Shown: positions 26,397-38,460 of the stretch, in pieces
Layout: each line of letters starts with the position of its first letter
How positions within the stretch are numbered: the stretch's first letter is position 1
Assembly (NCBI GenBank): GCA_010093605.1
Contig: MU004195.1
Location: 1,441,566 to 1,505,565, forward strand
Length of the DNA stretch: 64,000 bases
Direction: 5' to 3'
Origin: Lophium mytilinum
Lineage: Eukaryota
Made by a program: the position numbers and the translations under genes
The notes under the pieces: model-generated
What the model was told of the DNA's origin: nothing
Seen by the model: only the letters and a program-made list of their open reading frames with translations
Databases searched by the model: none

Positions 26397-27260
26397 CTAG
26401 CGGCAAGTGTAACCGCCATCCACAACCAGATCGCAGCCAGTGGTGTATGTGCTGGCATTGCTTGCCAGATACAGGTACGCGGCCTTCAACTCCCTTGGGT
26501 CCGCATCACGCTTCATCGGCGTCAAGCTGTACCATTCCTCTTTCATTTCGAAAGCACAGTCGCCTGAGATGGCGGTATCAATGTATCCAGGGCTGACGCT
26601 GTTGACCCTTGCGAACTTCACCCACTCCACGGCCAAGGACTTGGCGAGATGAATGACACCAGCCTTACACGCGTTGTAGCAAGCCTGCTCCTGTGGCACA
26701 TTGGCAGCGTGACCAGACATCGACGCAGTGAAGATGACATTCCCAGAGCCCTGCTTTCGGAAGATCTCGCCGGCAACACGGGCGCAGAAGTAGGCTCCGC
26801 TGAAGTCGATATCTACGACACGGTGCCAATCCTCCAGCTTGTCGTCGAGACCACCCTTCTTGGAGGGAATACCGGCGTTGGCGATCATAACGTCTAGTCG
26901 TCCGAAGTCCTTCACGACAGCGTCGGTTTGTGCCTGCACTTGATCGAACACTGAGACGTCGCATTGGTAGGCTTTGACCTTGACACCGAAGTCTTTTGCA
27001 ATTGTCGCGGCGAGCTTCTCGCATTGAGTAGACTTGTAGTACCAGAGAGCGATCTAGAGATGTTAGTCGCCTGCACAAATTGGAGGCGAGGGATATCTCA
27101 CGTCTGCACCAGCCTCTGCGAGTCCTCGAGCAACTTCATACCCGATCCCACCTGATCCTCCTGTAATGATGACCACTTTTCCATGCATGTCGAACATCTT
27201 GAAAACACTGTCCGACAGCTCAGGGGCGGGCCATCGGATGCTTTGAGGAGCAGCACCCAT
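26397..27260 (-). CDS. Short-chain dehydrogenase, sorbose/L-xylulose reductase (SOU1-like); exons 27260-27102, 27053-26397
   Basis: TGGSGGIG, NAG, TASMSG..NVPQ.QACYNACK, RVNSVSPGYI, VDGGYTC. Confidence 0.9.
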
Positions 27261-28033
27261 TTCGATGTGTGTTTGAGGCGAAAAGGAATTTGTCGATTGA
27301 TGAGTAGAGGCTGTCTTGACGTTTGTGTTTACGATGAGACAAATGCGATATTGAGACTTGGAGAAAGAGATTCAGAAGGACTTCAACAGCATATATGCAC
27401 AGAAATATGGATACTCAACGGAAAGCAGCCAACGGCAGCTTTTGCGAACTCGTACTTCCCCGACTCACCTGCACGAAACCCATACACTCTCTATCACGAG
27501 CCAGCTACAACGACCATCTCACATGACAAGCGGGACGGATTCTATCGTGCGAGGACGAAAGAAGATTGTGGTGTTGACGGACAACACGGCACGTCGCAGA
27601 GCGGAAAGAGTTGTCCGCTTATTACGGACGACTCTCTCCGCTTACGGGACCAGGCCTGTAACGGGCCAAACCATCGACACTGGTCTTCATTCCCCATACG
27701 AAAGCTCGATTTAGCGCTCCAGACTCACCAATCGGTGCTATTCAAGCGTCATGTCAGGAGACTCCATGCGATCTCCCATGGGGTCCCCGCCATGTCAGCC
27801 TCATCGCCACTGCGGAAACGTGGGTAAACCGCACTTGATGCCGAACGCCTGGAATCTGGATGCTGCGCGTGTACGACTCGCCGCCACGCTTGGGTGTTCT
27901 TCATAAAGGGGTCGTGATACCTCTGCGATTTGAGAACATTTGACATTCAATCATCTTCTACCCTCGAATCTTTTCTTCCTCTGATTGAAAGAGATTTCAT
28001 TTTGTTCTCTTCCTTCACCAGTCGTCACTCGTC

Positions 28034-29714
28034 ATGAAGGATAGTGATATCGTAGGAGAAGCCATTGCGGCGGTGCTGCCCCAGCACGACCGTGTATGGT
28101 TTCGAGTGCCCCATCTGCTCCAACTCAACATGATTCTCCTGGTCCCATTGCTCTCGTCTGCAGTTGCTGGATATGATGGTAAGTAGACCGTTAAAATTCC
28201 AGACTAGCTATAGTACGATTGCTCACAGTTAGACAAGGTTCAATGATGAACGCACTTCAAGCGCTCTCCCAATGGAAAGACTATTTTGGTAATCCCAAGG
28301 GCTCCGTCCTCGGAGTTGTCAATGCTGCTCAGTCCATCGGTTCCGTCATCTCGCTCCCCTTCGTCGGCTGGCTGTCCGATAAAATCGGCCGTAAACTCAC
28401 CCTTCTGAGCGGCATAATCACCATCGTGGTTGCGTCCGCCATCCAAGCGGGCTCCGTCAACTACGGCATGTTCGTCTTCGCTAGAGTCATTGTCGGAATC
28501 GGCTCTATGCTTGTCGTCCAGCCCTCACCTATGTTGATCACCGAGCTCTGCTACCCTACCCATCGTGGGAAATACACCTCCTTGTTCTGGACCATCTATT
28601 ATCTTGGCGCAATTCTTGCTGCGTGGACAACCTTCGGTACCCAGAAAGTCGAGAGCACATGGTCTTGGCGGATCCCCTCAATTGTGCAAGCTGGTTTCCC
28701 CATCGTGCAACTAGTCTTCTGGTGGTTCGTCCCCGAGTCACCTCGCTGGCTCATCGCCAACGGCCGTCTTGAAGAAGCAAAGGCGATTCTGGCTAGATTC
28801 CACACCGGCGGCGACGCCACACACCCCCTCATCACTTTCGAAATGTCCGAAATCGAACGCACTATCGAGATGGAGCGTATTGCCTCCAAGACCAGCTGGA
28901 AGACCCTCATCGCCACCCCTGGCAACCGCAAGCGCACTCTCATCGCCGTGTGCGTCGGCTCGTTCGCCCAGTGGAACGGTGTGGCTGTCGTCTCCTACTA
29001 TCTTACGTTAGTGCTCGACACTGTCGGCGTTACAAACCCGGATACTCAAACTTTGATCAACGGCCTCCTCCAGATCTTCAACTTCTGGGCCGCGGCCAGC
29101 GCTGCCTTCCTCGTCGACCGCCTCGGCCGCCGCACGTTGTTCATCTGGTCTGCATGTGGTATGCTAGTCACTTTCATCATCTGGACTATATGCTCTGCGC
29201 TATTTGACAAACACGGCGGCAACAGTCTCGGCATAGCCGTTATTGCTATGATCTTCATCTACTTCTTCCACTATGATATCGCCTACACGCCCCTCCTACT
29301 CGGTTATCCAACGGAGATCTTCTCCTACACGATTCGTTCTAAGGGATTGACAGTTGAGCTACTTAGCGTTTACGGTATGTACTCTCTACGTCTTACTAAC
29401 TCAACTTCTATATGGCGACTGACCTTTGCCTAGGATCTTTGATCATTCTTGCATTTGTGAACCCCATTGCGCTGAACAACATCGGTTGGAAATATTACAT
29501 CGTCTTCGACGTATTCCTAGGAGTGATCTGCGCCGTCACCTTCTTCCTATTTCCCGAAACGAAGGGACACAGCCTCGAGGAGATCGCAGAGGTATTCGAT
29601 GGGCCAAACGCGATGTCCGGTGTCGCGAAAGACCAGGCGACGCATGATGTCAAGCTAGGCGGAGACGGGGATATCGAGCACAGGGAGGAGATCACCAAAG
29701 GCACCCTTGCCTAA
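28034..29714 (+). CDS. Sugar porter (lactose permease/cellodextrin-transporter-like); exons 28034-28178, 28238-29374, 29434-29714
   Basis: GYD|GSMMNALQ, SDKIGRK, PMLITELCYP.HRG, WSWRIP, PESPRWL, QWNG, DRLGRR, PETKG.SLEEI. Confidence 0.92.
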
Positions 29715-29862
29715 AGCGGTCGCCGACTCGCATCGCTTTCAATAAAGCAAGTGTATATGCACAGTCACAACATATGTCTTTGTATATAACCAATTCAGAA
29801 CATACCCACTACTATTCATGATAATGCTCTAACGACTATCTCGTGTCACGCTCCTCCCTTCT

Positions 29863-30645
29863 TCACTCTTCCACGCTTCTGACCCTCACATCAACCCACT
29901 CCACTAAACTATCCCGAGTCGCAATCCCATTGATATAATCATTCGCATCCACCCTCCTAAACCCATCCTCTAGCGTCTTCTCTATCCCAGCGGCCACATG
30001 CCGCCGCGCCACCCTCGCTCTCGCAACATCCAAATCCACATCCACAAACACCCGCAGGTCCACCAGCGGCGCAATGTCCCGCCACTTGTCCTGGTTCAGG
30101 AGGAGATAGTTGCCCTCCAAGACCACGATCTCGGCGGAGGGGGGGATGGTCACGCCGTCCACTACAGGGTCTTTGGCGGCATGGTCGAAAGAGGGGACGA
30201 GGAGGGGGGCTTCTGGGGAGCTCTCGGCAGCTAATGGCGCTGATTCTGATGTTGATGTTGATGTTGATGTTGATTCGGGGGTTGCCGTTGAGGTTTTGGG
30301 ATATCTATCCGCCCAAACACGTAGGTTATGGACGAAAGCGAGCAGTGCGTCGACGTCAAAGGTCCACGGAGCTCCGCGGCGGATATAAGCTTCTTCTTTA
30401 TTTGGGAGGGCATCGAGAGTCGAGCGGGAAAGGTGGAATCCATCCATTGAGACCGCTATAGCCGTTGGGGTTGACGATGGGGATGTAGCAGCGGCAGTCT
30501 GGTTGATTATCCTAATCGTCTCTGTAGCAATTGTCGTCTTTCCAGACCCTGGTGCTCCAGCAATAGCAACCAAAAATCTGCGTTTCTTGGACTGTGCAGC
30601 ACGTGACTGGATCGTAGCAGCGAGGTCTCGGTATGTGGCTTCCAT
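29863..30645 (-). CDS. P-loop kinase of the YFH7/YggC/FrcK type (uridine kinase/phosphoribulokinase fold)
   Basis: AGAPGSGKTT, MDGFHL, RRGAPWTFD, FDHAAKDP, EGNYLLL. Confidence 0.88.
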   Translation of the reverse strand: MEATYRDLAATIQSRAAQSKKRRFLVAIAGAPGSGKTTIATETIRIINQTAAATSPSSTPTAIAVSMDGFHLSRSTLDALPNKEEAYIRRGAPWTFDVDALLAFVHNLRVWADRYPKTSTATPESTSTSTSTSESAPLAAESSPEAPLLVPSFDHAAKDPVVDGVTIPPSAEIVVLEGNYLLLNQDKWRDIAPLVDLRVFVDVDLDVARARVARRHVAAGIEKTLEDGFRRVDANDYINGIATRDSLVEWVDVRVRSVEE

Positions 30646-31126
30646 ATTCTAGCGTCGAGAAAGAATGGCTGCGGCTTCGGGTGAGCGAAACGGATATCAG
30701 GGTGGCTACCGAGGATATCAAGCACAACAGGAGGCCAGGAAGCGGAGCAGTCTCTGTCGAAGTGGATCTCAGCACTAAGCGCGACGCACCCCATAGATCG
30801 TCCATTCCGGCACCCAAACCATCGGATACGTAGAATGGGTCAGAGTGTCCGCTGCTGGGGGCCCCGGCAGTCACGTGAAAGCGGACGGAATGAGGTGTCC
30901 GCCCTGCAGCGGACACCTTGGGACGATCGCCACGTTGCCTCGCGAACTGTGGGGGAGGGCCGATGACGGGGAGCTGTGAGCTGTCGCGTGAAAACGGAAG
31001 GACGCGCCTGTTGTTTGGAGGGGAGTATTCTTTGCTTTACTTGAAAGACTTTTCAGGATACCTTTGGACGACCAACAGCCTTATATTTTGTACTTTTGAA
31101 ACCCAGCTTTTGATATCACACTCAAC

Positions 31127-32123
31127 ATGGTGCTCGCAAAACCGGAAAACAAGCATGTTCTCAAGGCTTTTGACTTGACTGGAAAGGTTGCGGCAGTGAC
31201 TGGTGTGTATCAGTTGTGGTCTTTGAAGGCTGCGAATTGCTAATTGCTGCTCAGGTGGTGCTCGCGGCATCGGTCTCGAAGTATGCAGGGGGCTCGCGGA
31301 AGCTGGTGCACATGTGAGTTACACCTTAGAAGACGATTGTAGAGCTCCGAATTTGACATTGAATAGGTTGCTCTGATCTACACTGCATCCAAGGACGCCG
31401 GAAAGACCGCCTCAGATATTGCTTCGGAGAACAACATAACGTGCAGAGCCTACAAGTCTGACGTGACCGACGCAAAGCTGATCGAGGAGACATTGAAGCA
31501 AATCGCTGCAGACTTTGGCAAACTGGACATTCTTGTCGCCAACGCCGGCATCGCGACCCATTACGCTGCGGAGGACTACACGCCTGAGCAGTTCTCTGAG
31601 GTCATGAAAGTGAACTTGGATGGAGCATTCTACACTGCACAGGCTGCGGCGAGGATATTCAAAGTCCAAGGGCATGGTAACATCGTCTTCACTGCGTCCG
31701 TGAGCGCAATCTTGGTGAACGTGCCACAGAAGCAGTCTGCGGTGGGTATTCCGATCCAGAATAGTCTGACACGGTACTGATGTTCAGCAGTACAACGCCT
31801 CGAAAGCTGGTTTGGTGCACTTAGCCAAGTGCCTCTCGGTGGAATGGGTCGACTTCTGCCGAGTGAACTGCGTATCTCCAGGTTTCATCGCTACGGATAT
31901 GTTGAGTGTACACCCCGAGGAGTGGAGAAAGAAGTGGTTCGGCATGATTCCGGCCACGAGACTGTGTGATCCGTATGAGCTAAAGGGAGTAAGTGATTTA
32001 TGTCTTTGAAAAGGTTGACACGATTGCTGACCTGACTAGGCATACGTCTTCTGTGCTTCTGACGCATCTAGCTATATGACCGGTGCGAACATCGTAATTG
32101 ACGGAGGTTATACCTTGCCTTGA
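31127..32123 (+). CDS. Second SOU1-like short-chain dehydrogenase, 5 exons
   Basis: FDLTGKVAAVT|GGARGIG, NAG, NVPQKQSA|YNASK, RVNCVSPGFI, IDGGYTLP; intron donors at 31203, 31313, 31742, 31989. Confidence 0.9.
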
Positions 32124-32277
32124 TCACCAAGGTCCAGGCGTACTACTTTGTTGCATATCGTTGGCGTAGATTCCCGAGTTTCAAGATTAAGAATTTGTAA
32201 ATACCTCTTCGGCTATTGCTTACGGTGTCTCATCATATACTGCTGTAGCCGTGGAGAGTGAAGTTGCACACTCGTCT

Positions 32278-34640
32278 TCATCCGAAATCCGGGATTTGAT
32301 TCATGAACTCCATAATCGTCGATTCTTGCCTGTTCATTACATCAGTAGAGTCTTCGCAATGGAGTAGAATCACTCACAGCATATTATCAACGCCTTCAAA
32401 TTGCGCTGTATCCAGAGTAGGCCAGAGCAACGGATATAAGCCGTTCAATTGGGTCTGTGGCGATTCTTGTGTTGCATCCCAGCCGTCCACATCTGTATTA
32501 GGCACCAGGTATGCGCCACACAGTGACCTTATAACGCCTAAGCAGCGTTGAGCGCTGGGGTTGAGTTGCGCCATAGACTCGATCACGTGAATGGCCGTTG
32601 TAACTTGAGCAAGCCAGCTGTTGGCGGCTGGTGATTGAGGTTGATTCCGGAGACAAATGACAGGGATGAGCACGGCCTGAAATAAGAAATATAAGCCATA
32701 CCAGCAAGCCATCATAGGCTTTTGCCCTTCGAACCACATGTTGGCTATGAGGTCGATTGATTCTTGCGCGTTGTCGAGGCATCTTTGAATTGCGATTTCA
32801 GAGCTCTGGTGGTCTTCTGGTTGATTCGTTCTGGACCGGTCAATGTCTCGGGTAATCATGCGCCGCACTAGGAATGGTCGATACATCAGAATACGAAAAT
32901 TGCGGTATCGGCAGCGAAGTATTGAGTGGGCTAGAATATTGCGTGGGGTCTGAGTGACGTGCTCTTGGTAGTATTGCGGTAAGGATAGAAGCCATTGCTG
33001 GATGAGCATATCGTCTAGTTCTAGCATCTCAGTAGCCGAGGGGTATGGCGTTGAAATGATTCTAGCATATATTTGGCAAGTAGCGAGATGGAACGTGGAT
33101 TGGGCTCGGAGGTGTGAATACACCGTCGTTTCCTGAGCCGGTGGCGGCATATTTCGCGTACCTGCAGTAATGTCCTTCAGGTAGTATTAGCTATGAGAAA
33201 TGTACAGGAGTTCTGAGACTAACGCTATCATGCACATTAAGAGGTATCTCGGTCTCAATCCCGCCTTCCGGAAAGTCAAGTGGCCGTGAAAATGTGATTA
33301 TGGCGCCGACATCAAAGATATATAGGCCCCACCATACACGCCGCCTCATCTCCAACATGAGCGGCGTTGCATCCCAGTTCGGGAACTCTTTGTGGAGACC
33401 AATACCCATGGCGATACGACGTGCAAGACCTGTGTAGTTATAGCCAGAATTGGGCTTGTTTCTCTTTTGCAAGTAGTTTGAAATGAGTGTTAATCCTTGG
33501 ACTATAGTGAGATTGCCAGTTTCCAACATGTCGATGGACAAACGAGCTTTCGCAGCCTCGAAGAGTCCAAGATCAATATCGGTTGGCTGTGTAGCGGTAG
33601 AGTACGCGCCAATTGCAGCTACGACATACAGCAGAACCTGCCATGCGAGAGTAGTCGGTCGCGGGATTACTTCCATGAACTGGGCACGAAACGTGGCTTC
33701 GTGAACAATGGGATAAGATACATGGTACAGGCGGAAATAAGCGTCGATGAAGGGCTCAAGCTGAGATAGCGACCATATCGCTGTAGGTATCGTGGAGGGG
33801 TGTGATTCAACATTATTGAAAGGTTGATCTGCTTCGTTTGGGGGCCTCGAATCTGTCAGTCGCAGAAGCGCGGCTCCAGAAGCAACTCCAAGGTACCCGC
33901 CCCCGTTGGAGTTACTTGTGAGGCTTGCCATGCCATCGACGAATTGGTCTCCATTTTGTCTGCCAGTGCGTTCGTCCCAGTCAAAATCGCCCGACGCTGG
34001 TGGTGTCTCTAGAATCAGAGCCTGAGCTTTGGTAGACTCTGAAGACGGGGTCTGCCGCGAGGAAGATGGTCGGTGTCGTGCAATAGCAGTACGGTTACTC
34101 TGGTAGCTTCTAACATGAAAAGATTGGTCTTGATATAGCGGTTCCTCTGTCCTTTGATGGCCACCGAAGGCTGTAGGATGTGCGGTCGTTGCGCTTGTCG
34201 GCAGGGCTTGTGGGGTTTGAGGAGTTTGTTGCGATTGGTTCGTAGGGGATGTGAGCTGCTCCAGTGTAGTATTGTCTTCGTTGACGCCATTGGAAGAGGG
34301 AGCTACATTGTTAGAAGGACCTCTTGAAAGGCTCTCCAATAATGCCTTCGTCCTCGCAAGTTCTCCCTCCACCTCAGTCAAGTGCCGCCGCGTGAGAGGG
34401 GTCTTAGTCTGCTTCTCGTATATGCATCGACGACGGAATTTTATACAGAGGGAGCACACGGGGATGACGCGATTACACTGTGCATAGTCAGTAGAGCTCC
34501 CTGGTAGGTGGGGTTACCTGAAGAATAAGAACCTTTGACTTCCGCCTCCTGCATTCTCTGCACGCTAGGTCGGCAAATGCAGTCTCCTCTGAGGATTCAG
34601 CCTCCATCCATCTTGAAGTATCATCATTCAACGCTGCCAT
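32278..34640 (-). CDS. Zn(II)2Cys6 transcription factor with a fungal-specific TF domain, 4 exons
   Basis: ACRECRRRKSK|CNRVIPVCSLCIKFRRRCIY split by an intron; YFRLYHVSYPIVHEATF, AMGIGLH, EMRRRVWW; last exon ends QIPDFG*. Confidence 0.9.
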
Positions 34641-35173
34641 TGGGGGCCATTATGAAGGCGGAGAGAGTTCTCGGCCACCGCATATGAACGTAGCGGTCCA
34701 TGAGGTACTAATAGGCGTTTCCTCGGCGTCGATACTCTCCTCTAATTGGTTTATACATTGCACTATGATCTGCGCATTGGGCTCTTGGTGTCCAGACACG
34801 CGCCCATGGGTTGGGCTTGAAAAAGTGGCACTCTAGTTAAGCATGCTGCCACAGATGTAGATACGTCTGGCTGCCCCAGCTTAGAGTGCTCCAAAGGGTT
34901 TTTAGAGAGCCTAATGTGAAGAGTTCCAATTACTATTAAAGGTTTGAAAATGCATTAAAGCATATCAATGGTATACATGTGTACAGGTGTGATGCGGCTT
35001 GTTCAAGTTGGAGATGCCACTTCTCTTATGCCCTGAATATTAGACTCTCAAAAGCTGATGCCTGCAGGCACAGCCGCATACCTTCAAACCTTAAGGCTGT
35101 GCAAAGTCCTTCAAGCCCTTATCCCCTAAAGTCTTCAAGCCTTACGTTTATCGACGTTGAATTCCACGCAAGA

Positions 35174-36001
35174 ATGCCGTCCAAATTCAAGAACCCTTTT
35201 TCGCTATCTCTCGTCCACCGCCAAAAGCCAAGAGTCCGTAGCCAAATCAACCGTATCTCCACTATCGTTCTGCCCTCTGAGCCGCCCCCTCTACTCGCCC
35301 TCCCACGCGAGATCCGCGACATGATCTATGCCTACATTCTCCCTAGAAAGCGCCAATCGTCAATACTACCCACCCCTCATACTGGCTTTACCTCCGTCTC
35401 CGCACCTTCCCCTCCACTCTACCTCCAGCTCACCTGTCGCCAGCTGCGTGACGAGCTGATGGACGCGTTCTATTTAATCGCGGTGTTCGAGGTTGGCAAC
35501 CTGAATTCACACTCGCGGAGGTGGCGTAACGATCCAGATTACGAGATTTTGGCAGCCTCGCCACACTTAGCTCGCATTCGCCACATCCGAGTACGAATAT
35601 CCCTAGATAGGATGAGCTTTCTCACGTTTAATGAGCTATCTCCAGAACAAAGCGTGAAAAAGGTCTGCCAAAAGGCAGAGAAGTTGGCCAGTGTTTTGAA
35701 GAACGGCGCGAAGCATTTGAGAAGCGTGACGGTGGATTGGTGGGATGATTTTGGGTACAAAGAAGATGTGGATAGGAGAACGGTGCTAGAGCAGTTTCGG
35801 TCTTTGGATGGCGTGAGGTGGAAAGTTGGAAAGATCTATGCGCTTAAGAGGGTTAAGAAGGACGTTGAGTGTGAGGTTAAAAAGGGCTTGCAGGAGCTCG
35901 ATGAGGGCATGCTTGATGAGAGAGAGGGAGCGTCGGGCAGAATTGAGAGCACCAATGAGGCGGACGACGTTGGAATACGAGACAAGAAGGAACAAAGTTG
36001 A
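35174..36001 (+). CDS. Hypothetical protein with an F-box-like motif
   Basis: PPLLALPREIRDMIYAY...LQLTCRQLRDE; continuous ORF. Confidence 0.65.
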   Translation: MPSKFKNPFSLSLVHRQKPRVRSQINRISTIVLPSEPPPLLALPREIRDMIYAYILPRKRQSSILPTPHTGFTSVSAPSPPLYLQLTCRQLRDELMDAFYLIAVFEVGNLNSHSRRWRNDPDYEILAASPHLARIRHIRVRISLDRMSFLTFNELSPEQSVKKVCQKAEKLASVLKNGAKHLRSVTVDWWDDFGYKEDVDRRTVLEQFRSLDGVRWKVGKIYALKRVKKDVECEVKKGLQELDEGMLDEREGASGRIESTNEADDVGIRDKKEQS

Positions 36002-36649
36002 AGATGCTTGAATAAAAGACTGTTCCATCTAATTGTATCTGCTAGAATAGCCTACCTGTGCACTCAATGTATTCGTCTCTTTGCACACTATTTATTGCTT
36101 GCATTCGTGGAATAGTCTGCCAAGCGTGAAACGTGTCTTCTACTCCGAAATACGAGATAAAGTTAGTGTGATATGCAGTCATGAAATTCGTTGCTGTTCT
36201 ATTGAGTTCATATTGGTAAAGCTTTTAGTTATATGAGCCAAGTACGTGACGTGGTACGTCATCTTTCAGATTGGTGAGCGCTAGATGTTCGGCGCTCCGA
36301 TCGTGCGAAGCCCCGACGCAACACCCCGCGCCGACATCTCCTTAGGTCATCAGCAGCCAACGGTCTTTGTCATTCTCGGCGAATAGTCAGGAGCGGAGCA
36401 GAAAGAGCTCCCCGGTAAGCGAAGATGAGGTGCATTAAGGTGAACACGCTATCACGCCAGCTGAGTATTTAATAGCATCCTACCCGGTGCCCATTATTTC
36501 ATCCATCAACCTCCAGCCATCTATATACATCAGTTCATTGACTTCCGAATCAGCTCATCCACACTGCTCTCCATTCAAACCTTATTGCAAGATAGCATAG
36601 CATCTCTTTCTCCATATCAAATTTGTGGTTCTACCCAGAAGAAGCAAAC

Positions 36650-37657
36650 ATGGTTGCCATCAAACAAATTCTAGCTTCAAACCTCAAACTCTCTACCGCC
36701 CTCCCCTCATCCCCTACAGCCGTCTTCGTTGGCGGTACCAATGGCATCGGGCTTGGCGCTCTTAAAGCCTTCACGAAGCACACAACAACCCTCTCCCCAA
36801 CAGTCTATATCGTCGGCCGCTCCCCTAGCTCCCTACAAACCCTTATCACATCACTCTCCGCTATCAATCCCTCCGCTACCTTCATCCCAATCCAAGCAAA
36901 GGACCTCACGCTAGTCAAAGATGCAGCAGCGGCAGCCACCGAGATCGCCTCCAAAATCGAGAAGCTCGACCTCCTCATCATGAGCCCCGGCTTCGTCTCG
37001 CTATATCGAGAAAACACCCCCGAAGGCATCGACAGCACCCAGGCCATCCGCTTCTACTCCCGCATGCACTTCCTCACCACCCTTACGCCCGCGCTACAAA
37101 AATCGCCATCTCCGCGTGTGGTTTCCGTCCTTGCCGGCGGGCAAGAGGGAGAGCTGTTCGAGGAAGATATGCTTCTGGAGAAGAAGTACTCCCTCATGAA
37201 CGCTGCAGGCCAGTCCGCAAGCCTGATGTCGCTTTTCTTTGAAGCATATAAGAATCAGCCGGGCAATGAGAAGATCAGCCTTATCCACCTGTTCCCAGGC
37301 ATCGTTGGCGGCACGGGACTCGCGATCAAAGGGCTTCCGGGCTTCGTGCAGTTTCTCATGAACTGGACTGTTGTACCGCTCATGAAGCTTTTCGGGCAGA
37401 CCCCTGAAGAGTCTGGCGAGCGGGTGCTATATGCGGCGACGAGCGATAAGTTTAGGAGGGTGCAGGCGGGTGATGCCAGTGAAGGGGCAGAGTTGGAGAA
37501 GGGGACGGATGGGAAGGCTGGGAGCGGGGTTTTCCTCGTGCAAGGAGACTCGAGCGTCTTGACCGAGAACAAGAAGTTGAAAGAGTACAAGGAAGCGGGC
37601 AAGGCAGATTTCGTGTACAAGCATACGCTTGAGCAGTATGAGAGGCTTGGAGTCTAA
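36650..37657 (+). CDS. Short-chain dehydrogenase/reductase (atypical, retinol-dehydrogenase-like fungal group)
   Basis: AVFVGGTNGIG, YIVGR, T.EGID...IRFYSR, RVVSVLAGG, H.FPG.V. Confidence 0.85.
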   Translation: MVAIKQILASNLKLSTALPSSPTAVFVGGTNGIGLGALKAFTKHTTTLSPTVYIVGRSPSSLQTLITSLSAINPSATFIPIQAKDLTLVKDAAAAATEIASKIEKLDLLIMSPGFVSLYRENTPEGIDSTQAIRFYSRMHFLTTLTPALQKSPSPRVVSVLAGGQEGELFEEDMLLEKKYSLMNAAGQSASLMSLFFEAYKNQPGNEKISLIHLFPGIVGGTGLAIKGLPGFVQFLMNWTVVPLMKLFGQTPEESGERVLYAATSDKFRRVQAGDASEGAELEKGTDGKAGSGVFLVQGDSSVLTENKKLKEYKEAGKADFVYKHTLEQYERLGV

Positions 37658-37846
37658 ATTTTGAATTGGGAGCAAGGCAGCTTTTAGTCAGGCGTTCTCA
37701 CTTCTGGATTGGGCTTCCTGATATCCCTTCTCAAAAGCTTTCAGCTTTAGCTTCAACTTTAATGCTTATGAATATAATACCTCAAAATTGAACCATACTG
37801 CTCCCTAAAACATGTACTGTAACACCGAGCTCTCGTAAAGCCTCCC

Positions 37847-38274
37847 TCAAAACCCCGGATCACTCACCCACTCGTCCGCATACCCAGAATCATACGCACT
37901 ATCCGAACCATCACTCTCACTCCAATCTCCCCCCTCGTCAGGGACCTCTACCCCCGGTCCGCATCGATGAACAGGGCGCGGATGGCCCTGCCTCAGCGGC
38001 ACACGCCACAATTGCTCAAAAGGAGCAATGATGAAATCTCCTATTCGTTCCGTAATTTCTTGCGGGATGGATAGTAATGGGATGAGTCTAAAAGTTTTGG
38101 TGAGTCTGTAATTTGGAGAACAGAGGAGGAAGACAAGGCTGACATGATCGCAGCGAGAAGGGTGGCTGTGAGGATAAGCCGGGCTTCCTCGACCCAGTCG
38201 ACGCCGTCGAACCGAGAGAGGAAAGAGTTGTAGAGATTTGTGATGGCTTTGGGGATATGTGTGAAGTAGCTCAT
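37847..38274 (-). CDS. Small hypothetical membrane protein; exons 38274-38144, 38087-37847
   Basis: GTCAGC...ACTCACC...TTTTAG intron fuses two overlapping ORFs in frame across one hydrophobic helix. Confidence 0.45.
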
Positions 38275-38460
38275 GGTTGCTTGTGCATGAGATAGAGGAG
38301 GATGGATGCCTGGAGAGGAAATGTTGGTATACCCCGCCGCCCACGTGACTCAGGTAATAGAAAGTGACCGTCTGAATGCAGTTTACTATGCTGTTTCAGT
38401 CACTAAGTGTTCCCATACTGAATTGCACTCTGTCGCTTAAGAATAGCGTCAATCTCAACT

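Noticed and set aside
30240..30273. (TGATGT)n hexamer microsatellite
   Set aside because: Ordinary coding microsatellite giving an STSTST linker in the kinase.
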